Shown one piece after another: positions 56,503-64,000 of a stretch of DNA of 64,000 nt. A program made the translations under genes and the position numbers. Under the pieces are notes generated by a model. The model was given only the letters and a program-made list of their open reading frames with translations, was not told the origin of the DNA and ran no database searches. Origin of the DNA: Epithemia pelagica. Its lineage: Eukaryota > Protista > Bacillariophyta. Each line of letters opens with the position of its first letter. Within the stretch, counting starts at the first letter, position 1. Location: NCBI GenBank assembly GCA_946965045.2, contig OX337230.1:2046001-2110000 (forward strand). Direction: 5' to 3'.

Positions 56503-56754
56503 TTAGCGAGGAGGGTTTTCAATGTAGTAGTCCTCAATTGCCTTGATTTGTGGGTCCAATACCAAGACCTTGAAAGAAATACTTCCAACCAACGAAAAAA
56601 TTACGCCATGAAGCGCCGCCATGACAAAAGCTCTGGGTGGCTCCATGCGACTGTACGAAGTCAAGAAACCTTCAGGAGCCACCCGTTTCACTGGACCTGG
56701 GCCGAACAAATACATGTTCCGGTTGATGATGCGGCCTGCTGCTTTCGCTGACAT
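56503..56754 (-). CDS. Small single-TM mitochondrial protein, possibly COX6C-like (83 aa)
   Basis: One TM helix followed by DPQIKAIEDYY, resembling the COX6C C-terminus. Probable 5'-UTR intron at 56872-56779 (GTAAGG...GCAG). Confidence 0.55.
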   Translation of the reverse strand: MSAKAAGRIINRNMYLFGPGPVKRVAPEGFLTSYSRMEPPRAFVMAALHGVIFSLVGSISFKVLVLDPQIKAIEDYYIENPPR

Positions 56755-57219
56755 CACCGCAATCCTATTCCAAAACGCCTGCACATTATCAACAATTGAT
56801 TATTGTGAGATACCTCCTCCTTTGGACTTTAATTCATTTCAGAAAGTCCTCATGTATACCAATATGCCTTACCAAAGAGAAGAAAACAAATACTGCCAAC
56901 CAATCTGGCTCGCTGTCGTTGTGGTGTTCGTGTTGCTGCTTGCTGCACCGCGTCTGGCCGAGAGGCACGGGCGACGGGAGGGGAAATACCTACTCCCAAG
57001 CGCGTATCGATTTTGAGTCGCACTTAAAAACGCCATTCGTAATACGGCTCCACTTTTTCTCCGACTCAGGTGGGATTCAAAACTAACCCAGCGCTTGGGC
57101 GTAGGTAAAACCCGAAGACGGCTTATCTTAGTCTTGCGGGACTGGATGTCGGCGAAGAATCCATGTCTGTCGATTCTGTCAAAAATCCAACTGTTCCCTG
57201 TTTCTGCCAATTTTAGACG

Positions 57220-57839
57220 ATGGCGAGTTTGGTTGCTACGAAAAGAGTCCAAGAGAGCCTGGTGAAGCCCTTGATTATCAATGGGGTTCGTCAGATGACT
57301 ATTCTTTCTAAGGAGAGTGCGGAAGAATACAAGAAACTGGTGAGTTCATTTCATCGGGCTATGGGGCAGAATCGTTCTGTGGAAGATATGTTCGCCCATC
57401 ATATCCACTACATTTCTCATCAATTTTCTGCGGTGTTGATTTCCAGAACTACACAACGCGCATGAACAAGACGGGTCGCCCGGTCAGTCCACATGTAACA
57501 ATTTATTCCTTTCCCATCACGGCATTGTCGAGCATCACAAATCGCGTGACAGGTTGCGCCCTTTCTGTTGGATGTGCAGGCCTTGGCTTTATTGAAATAT
57601 TCGGAGGCAGTGGAACCGCACTTCATCTCATGCAGCTGGTCGGCTCCCAGGGTTGGCTTGTAGCTGCTGGGGCTAAACTTGGAGTCGGGTTTCCCTTGGT
57701 TTACCACTACCTTGGTGCCCTCCGGCATTTTGCGTGGGATTATCAACCAGACCGCCTCACCAATGATCAAGTTGCTGCATCGTCATATGCTCTCATTGGG
57801 GCGAGTGCCGTTATTTCGGGAGCACTGGTATTTGTGTAA
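57220..57839 (+). CDS. SDHC: Succinate dehydrogenase cytochrome b560 subunit, 170 aa, 2 exons
   Basis: Intron 57340-57446. RPVSPHVTIY, SSITNRVTG, YHYLGALRHFAWD. Confidence 0.95.
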
Positions 57840-58072
57840 AGACCTCAGAACGTAGAGTTACTGTAGAAAATTAATCTTCTTTACTTCATGGGATGAATCA
57901 TGGACGAATGGCGCGATGGCATATCCATTACTAAAGGATTTCCTTAGGTTCAGTATCCTTTGTCACGTTTCACTTGTCTCAGTATCATATAAAATTGGCT
58001 CTGTCACCTGGATTAACACTAAACCTCCTAAGGACATTTGTCTACTAGCTATAACTTATCTTCGTCTTTCAA

Positions 58073-61000
58073 TCATCCAGTAAGTGCGCCACCTCTTCGC
58101 ATTCCAATAACGGGTGCAGGCTTTGGTACTAGGTCTTCTTCTTTGAGCTCGCTGCCTTCTGGAAGCACAGTCCTTCCAATCGCAGTATAAATCTTGTCCT
58201 CATCCAACTCCAAGGTTTCCAAAGTCAATTGCAAATCGCGTGCGGTTATTGATTCAACGACAGATCCAAAGTCAGTGACGGACAACGGTCCCTTCAAAGG
58301 AATCGATTCTTCTTGGATACCAGACATCAGTTGAGTCCAATACGACGACGTTCTGAGTTCTCCTTCGTGGCGGTTCAGAATGACTCGCTTGGCCGATTCT
58401 TCATTATCAGGAGTAATCGGATTGCTCTTCCTCAAAGCGGCGAGGGTTTCCTTACAGGCATCCAAGGCTTGCTGCGCTTTCTCCTTGGAGGCTGTGACGG
58501 TGACCAAAAACCAGCCACCAAGCAAGCGTTCAAAGGCTGAGAAGGAGAAATTCGCGTCATACGTGAGTTGTTTGCGTTCGCGGACTGTAGAGAAAAGCCG
58601 TCGATTAGCAATCTCGGAGAGCAATCCCAAAGCTGCAAAGGCAAAGAGAGGATGCGATCGGCGTTGCTTGTCGTAGTCAGATGCTCTTCGGTCCGCTTGT
58701 AACACGCGTTCTGCTACAGTGGTTCCGTCAGACAGGAATCCCCAAGCATTGGGCGCTGATCCCGCCACATATGCCACAGCGCGTGGATCAGAATCAGGCA
58801 ATTCCAACTCAATGTGTCTTCCAGGCGATTCCGGTTGCGGCACACGACCGGTCCAGTTGGGCATCTTCGATTCAATTTCCTCTATTTTGTACTCGGCGTT
58901 CGTATCAGTTGGAATAGTACCAATGTATTTGTACGTCATTTCCAAAACTTCGACGACATCAAAATCTCCAGCAATGGATATTTCCAAGTTTTCTGGCGAT
59001 AATTGAGACATGACGGCTTCCTTGGCATCCTGCAACGAAATGTCATCCACCGATTCGACATTGATCGAAAGGAATCGGTCATCATGGCTTGTCATGGCTT
59101 CCGCGACTCGTTCCGTGCTCAAACCTTCCAGGTTCTTCTGCAGACTCTCGTGAGAGCTTCGGAAGCTCTGTTTGCTTCGACCCAAGGCATCCGATTCCCA
59201 TTTAAAACCAACCAATATCTCCCGCAAAATCTGCATGACAGATTCGGTACCAGTCATGCCCAGAACGACGTCATCACCAAATCCCACATTTCCAACATTG
59301 GTCGTAGGGAAGACAAAATCGAAGATTAAGGCTTCCTCGGTGCATTTGATCTCCACCATGATCAAGTGGTCCACGCAAAACAGTTCCACTTGTTCTCGGG
59401 TCCAGGGCCCGAACGCACCACCTTCTTGCATGGTACGTGAGCCAACTGCCATCGACCCGTTCTTGAATCCAAGACGGCGTTCGGCATCGCGTCCACCAGG
59501 TGCCACCAATCGCAAGTGTCCCCTTTGTGATTCCGCGCTGTTGGAAGCTACACCGACACGAATTCCATTACCCAAGCGGCGGAGGGTGAACGGTCGAGTT
59601 AATGAATCGGGTGCAGTCTCCGGAGTACCATCCGAGAATCGACCACCCTTCCATTCAGGAGGATTCGTCTCCATGGCAACCGACAATTCCTCTTCCGGAA
59701 TGAGAGAATGAGGAACGACGACATCTTCTTCAGGTTCCACAGGAATTTGGCAGGCGTCATAGATTGTTTTAACAAGAGATTCCTCGTCACAAAAGGCTGG
59801 ATCACTGGCGTCATCAACGCCCTTTGGCATACACGCGACAACAATGGTAGGCCCCTGAACTGGATCCTCGTTTTCATGGAAACTGGTTACATGAGAGCAA
59901 AGTTCCGCCGCTGCTTCATTTACTTCTTCCAGAGTCAAAGTCGACAGTGCTTTTGCTGTCATTTCGAACGATTGTGTGGGAGACATGAAAGTATGCCCAT
60001 TGGCAACAGTTTCCATCAAGTAGGACAGCTGATCGCCATGACTAATGCGGTCACCTTGGGCCGCCAGTTGCTCTGCATCCGTCATTAGCGAAGACGCATA
60101 GCGTTCCATTTCCCCGGGCGTCACTCCATATACACCCAATTTACGAATCTCCGACAAGGCCTTGTGAATGGCATCTTTCCAACGTTTTGGCTCTGCCGTC
60201 ATGTCCAAAGAACACACTGCGCACCCTTCACGCGCCGAATCCAACTGATTGAATTCCACAAAGGTGAAGGCGGGATCGTCGGACCGGCCACCCACGTTGA
60301 GACGGATTTGCAATGCAGCCAAGGCCACCCGTCGAGCCATGGAGCGACGGAAGGAATCAAGATCCACAATCTCTTCCACAGGACGTTTGGCAAACAAATG
60401 CAAGGAGAATGCTTGAAGCAATTCATGTTTAAACATATGCGGGCGGATATCCTTTCCAGAATCTTCCGAACTCACATGTTTTGTCTCCAAAAACTCCACC
60501 TTATCGTCCAATTCATATGAATGCTGCAATTGCAAATCATACGAATCAACCGCTTCTCCACTGGCTTCTGCCCCTTCACCATCAACCGTTTCGGTTTCCT
60601 CGTCCGTGTCGGCAATCGGAACAACTCCTTCTGGAACCAGCAACTTTTCAGAGACATCCTTGTTATTGGGAACACACCAATCATGTCGAACCGGAGGGAA
60701 ATGCCATGATTGGGCCGCCTTAACCGATGCCTTGTTGAGGGCCGAGGCCAATTTGGAGGCTTCTTCCTTCAAGGCTGGGATACTGATATCCGCGGCTTGT
60801 TTGTCTGCCGTAATGTGTCCAAACTTTTCTTCAATGATATCAACAGCTTTGGCTGGGTCAATATCTCCTACCAAATACAACAAGACATTGTCAGGACGAT
60901 AATGAGTTCGATGCCACGTGCGGACATCATCATTTTTCCATGTTCGGATCAAGACTTCCTTCCCAATCGGAAATCGCTTGGCGAGTCGATTTTCTCGATG

Positions 61001-61852
61001 CAAGGTACTCAAAATTTGGCATTCCACTCGATATTCAATGGTATTGACCATGGTCATTTCACTCAAGACTGCGGCCCGTTCCTTTTCCAAGCGTGCTGTT
61101 TCGACACGGGCTTCCAAGACATCTTGCAAGGCATCCAAGGCCATGGGCAACATGGGAATATTCCCCCTCGGCGTCACCACTGGACAGGCCGCATAGAAAA
61201 CTGTGTGATGAAAATCGGTATACGCGTTGGTTTGCGATCCAGTACCAAAGAGGCGTTCACGCTTGCGACTTCCCATGTAGGCAACGTGCTCCGTCAAGTG
61301 AGCAATTCCCTGTTGCGGTTCCAATTCATCGGCACTTCCCGAGAACACTTGCAAATGCGCTTCAAAGCGATCCGGTGGAGACTTATTTGGCAGTATAATG
61401 TAAGGCATACCATTGTCCAGAACGCCACTTACGACATCGGGATGTCGCGGCAACAACGAGTCTTCGGGCAAGGATCCCATATGAGTTTGTACCGGTTGTT
61501 GCGACGGAAGGAAACGATTGAGAGGAGATATATGAGGCCGAACAGAGGGGTGTTTGGCAGCCGAACGAAGATTCTTTTTCGAGGCTGTCGCTGCCGATCC
61601 ATTGTTGCCGCCAAATAGGTTGGCTAGTGAGAAACTGGTAGTCGAGGAATCCGATGTTGTTTCATACAGGGCTCCTCCGTTGCTTCCAGTTGAGGTGGGT
61701 TGAGAAGGCTTAGGGGGTGTATGCACGAGGAAATTGGGCCGTTTCTGTGACGTAAATGAAGTTGGAGGAACCCAAGCAACTGCTGGGACAGATCCCACCA
61801 AAAGGATTGATAGGGAGAAAACTCCATGCAACCAACTCTTCATCGTCGTCAT
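58073..61852 (-). CDS. SPP: Plastid stromal processing peptidase (M16 metallopeptidase)
   Basis: Signal peptide ending AVA-WVP (bipartite plastid type), zinc motif HLTEH (HxxEH), GSQTNAYTDFHHTVF, RLFSTVRERKQLTYDANF. Confidence 0.93.
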   Translation of the reverse strand: MTTMKSWLHGVFSLSILLVGSVPAVAWVPPTSFTSQKRPNFLVHTPPKPSQPTSTGSNGGALYETTSDSSTTSFSLANLFGGNNGSAATASKKNLRSAAKHPSVRPHISPLNRFLPSQQPVQTHMGSLPEDSLLPRHPDVVSGVLDNGMPYIILPNKSPPDRFEAHLQVFSGSADELEPQQGIAHLTEHVAYMGSRKRERLFGTGSQTNAYTDFHHTVFYAACPVVTPRGNIPMLPMALDALQDVLEARVETARLEKERAAVLSEMTMVNTIEYRVECQILSTLHRENRLAKRFPIGKEVLIRTWKNDDVRTWHRTHYRPDNVLLYLVGDIDPAKAVDIIEEKFGHITADKQAADISIPALKEEASKLASALNKASVKAAQSWHFPPVRHDWCVPNNKDVSEKLLVPEGVVPIADTDEETETVDGEGAEASGEAVDSYDLQLQHSYELDDKVEFLETKHVSSEDSGKDIRPHMFKHELLQAFSLHLFAKRPVEEIVDLDSFRRSMARRVALAALQIRLNVGGRSDDPAFTFVEFNQLDSAREGCAVCSLDMTAEPKRWKDAIHKALSEIRKLGVYGVTPGEMERYASSLMTDAEQLAAQGDRISHGDQLSYLMETVANGHTFMSPTQSFEMTAKALSTLTLEEVNEAAAELCSHVTSFHENEDPVQGPTIVVACMPKGVDDASDPAFCDEESLVKTIYDACQIPVEPEEDVVVPHSLIPEEELSVAMETNPPEWKGGRFSDGTPETAPDSLTRPFTLRRLGNGIRVGVASNSAESQRGHLRLVAPGGRDAERRLGFKNGSMAVGSRTMQEGGAFGPWTREQVELFCVDHLIMVEIKCTEEALIFDFVFPTTNVGNVGFGDDVVLGMTGTESVMQILREILVGFKWESDALGRSKQSFRSSHESLQKNLEGLSTERVAEAMTSHDDRFLSINVESVDDISLQDAKEAVMSQLSPENLEISIAGDFDVVEVLEMTYKYIGTIPTDTNAEYKIEEIESKMPNWTGRVPQPESPGRHIELELPDSDPRAVAYVAGSAPNAWGFLSDGTTVAERVLQADRRASDYDKQRRSHPLFAFAALGLLSEIANRRLFSTVRERKQLTYDANFSFSAFERLLGGWFLVTVTASKEKAQQALDACKETLAALRKSNPITPDNEESAKRVILNRHEGELRTSSYWTQLMSGIQEESIPLKGPLSVTDFGSVVESITARDLQLTLETLELDEDKIYTAIGRTVLPEGSELKEEDLVPKPAPVIGMRRGGALTG

Positions 61853-62495
61853 CTCTTCTGCAGTTAAGGTGTCGCAAGGCAATTGGTGGCCGTTGGAAAG
61901 CGACTACCAGGCCTTGATAGGAGATGATTCCAACACAATGTCGGCAAGGTTTGCTATCAACCTGTGTGCCTGACTGATACAGCCGCAACCCAACCCAACA
62001 CTTTGAAGCTACAAGTAGTTGGAAAGAAAGGTGTGTGTCGCGAACGTGAGGGCCTGTGTCCAGGGAATGTGTTTTTGAGTTCTGAAATCGAGTTTCGAGT
62101 TTTGAGGTGGGGCTCTGTCCCTACCTTGAAACAACGATCTGGATGGAGCAAGAAGAATGGAGGGCAGAAAGATCTGCGTCTGCGTGCTGCGTACCAAACC
62201 CCTCCAGCTGTCTTCCGTCTGTGCGGCGGCGGGCCTAAACCAGAGGAGCGGAGGCCAGACGAGCAGATGAGAAATTTGATGGGGAGGATCTTTCGTCTTT
62301 CGTCCTCACGAATTCCGAAACAAAAAAAAAGATACTCTTACGACGATCCTTGAGATTGCGAGACGTCGTAAATCCTTGCATTCTTATTTCCTACATTCCA
62401 TCGATATTGTTGGTTGTGTTGTAGATATCTTTTGTCGAGTGCTTGCTGGTGGCTGATGCTTGCCACAGTTCCTAGCGATTTGATTGTGGTTCACA

Positions 62496-64000
62496 ATGGG
62501 CAGCACTCGAATGTATGGTTGCAGAATTCTGCACCAAATACATCGTAGGGTCGAAACAGCATGCTGGAATCTGGCAGGAGGTTCAACGACCCCGCCACGT
62601 TCCTCCTCGCTGAAATGGCATCCAAAAAGATTGTGGTCCAGTTGGACTCGGCCACAAACTATTTTCCAAACGGCTGAACAACGGTCACCACCGGATAGAA
62701 TGTGTGGCTCAACTGCAAAAGTTTTCATGTCCACTCATCAGTCGGAGCAGGACGGTATCAGTGGTGCACAAACAAGTGCTGTTACCAGAACGCCAGAATC
62801 CATGTTAGGAATGGGAAGTTTGAAATGGTCCGTATTAATGGCACGTTACACAGACGATGAAGAAGAAGATGCAGAACCTCAGGGTGATGAGAATGAGACG
62901 GAAGAGGAAATCTTAGATATTCGTGACCTGGAGCAGCAAGATCAGAATGATTCTACGGACGCGACGCGGAAAACTATGTATCATCATTTGATCGAGACAG
63001 CCTTGGCCAATGGTGTTGACACCATCGAAGTGGGAGATTTAGGTGGTGATACTGTCTTGTCTGAGATCCTCGACAAGGTACTGTTGGATCCGACGAGAGC
63101 CTCAAACGACAGTCCTCCTGTTGTTACTCTGTTAAAGCGTGTTGGATATCGAGCCGTGTCATCCTCCAAGAACGAGACTAAACAAACCAAAAAGAAAAAC
63201 AAGAAAGACAAAAACGTGCAAAATCACCGTACGAAACAGGATAACCTTGTGAACGGAAACACCCATGCCGTTCATTCACAATCACCACAGTCTTCATTGC
63301 TCACCCCTCCGCTTCGAGGAGACATCTTTTCCATGGATGTTAAAAACAAACCCACTCAAACAACACAAGCCGGTGCACAACAGTCACCCTCAGCATCATC
63401 CGGTCATGATTTGTCATACAAAGTGGTACACAATTTTTCCAAGGAAAGTCTCCAAATGGCATTGGATAACTGTGCACTATGCAAACGATTTGCACCACAC
63501 AATACAAATCATTCGAGCAAGGTACAAATGACTTTGTTGTTGCACAATCCTGAACTACAGGCTAACAAGGCTAGAATCGATGATGCTGGTTTGCGAACAT
63601 ATCAAGAAAGGCAATCTCGGATCTCTAAAACATTGACAAAGACGTTTTTAGCGCTCGAAGAGGAAATTGCTCAGGAGAAACAGAAGCGACTTTCACCATC
63701 TTCATATGGCATAGTCAGTCATGGACTCGGACTTCCACGCGATCATCCACAACATTTGAGTTGGAACGATGCCGTTCGGCCTGCATTGGAGCAGGCACAA
63801 GCGCAATGGTTCAACATGGGTCATTCATCTCCACTTCGATTTTCAGTGGTTCAATTGCCACTCAATGTGTGGGAAACCAATGGATTCGAAGTAGCGCGTC
63901 AAATAAAAGAGTACAACGCCACAATACAAGTTCATGCCATGCGACCTTTGACGGCCTATCCCACTGACAGTGATGAGAAGAATAGCAATATCGAAGACGA
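62496..64000 (+). CDS. Aldo-keto-reductase-like protein (3'-partial)
   Basis: My translation from ATG 62496 is open to the window end; it is absent from the ORF track. Motifs: ALANGVDTIE, LLLHNPE, YGIVSHGL, VVQLPLNVWE, HAMRPL. Confidence 0.65.
   Translation, partial: MGSTRMYGCRILHQIHRRVETACWNLAGGSTTPPRSSSLKWHPKRLWSSWTRPQTIFQTAEQRSPPDRMCGSTAKVFMSTHQSEQDGISGAQTSAVTRTPESMLGMGSLKWSVLMARYTDDEEEDAEPQGDENETEEEILDIRDLEQQDQNDSTDATRKTMYHHLIETALANGVDTIEVGDLGGDTVLSEILDKVLLDPTRASNDSPPVVTLLKRVGYRAVSSSKNETKQTKKKNKKDKNVQNHRTKQDNLVNGNTHAVHSQSPQSSLLTPPLRGDIFSMDVKNKPTQTTQAGAQQSPSASSGHDLSYKVVHNFSKESLQMALDNCALCKRFAPHNTNHSSKVQMTLLLHNPELQANKARIDDAGLRTYQERQSRISKTLTKTFLALEEEIAQEKQKRLSPSSYGIVSHGLGLPRDHPQHLSWNDAVRPALEQAQAQWFNMGHSSPLRFSVVQLPLNVWETNGFEVARQIKEYNATIQVHAMRPLTAYPTDSDEKNSNIED

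Noticed and set aside
57061-57120. tRNA-like TTTTGAATCCCACC on the minus strand
   Set aside because: No GTTC T-loop, no cloverleaf and no A-box.
60710-61618. 302-aa plus-strand ORF
   Set aside because: An antisense shadow of the SPP gene.
62384-62734. 116-aa minus-strand ORF
   Set aside because: Largely antisense to the longer AKR-like ORF, with no recognisable motif.

Overview
Gene-dense eukaryotic nuclear DNA, most likely from a diatom. The evidence is short GT-AG introns, bipartite ASAFAP-type plastid targeting peptides and a CoDi-like Ty1/copia element; the taxon is my inference. The left 8 kb is a transposon cluster: one end of a piggyBac element with its transposase running off the window, then a full-length, young Ty1/copia LTR retrotransposon (1460-8109) with a disabled gag and a YVDN reverse transcriptase. 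Its gag and pol are joined by an in-frame UGA followed by a strong stem-loop, a candidate readthrough signal, and its integrase tail carries a chromodomain-like segment. Next come a ~4,000-aa DOCK-family GEF gene with a degenerate-looking catalytic loop and a 473-bp non-autonomous TIR element with a 7-bp TSD. The rest is mostly housekeeping genes: BT1 transporter, ankyrin protein, PsbP-like, NDUFV1, DUF829, CCT protein, WKF protein, EF-1alpha, PWP2, TRIC-like channel, gamma-COP, SRP19, FLVCR-like MFS, centrin-like, MMADHC, COX6C-like, SDHC, stromal processing peptidase and a partial aldo-keto-reductase-like gene. There are also two orphan ORFs and a hidden C2H2 zinc-finger gene candidate. I found no rRNA, tRNA or CRISPR array. 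All family calls come from motif recognition by eye; no database search was run.
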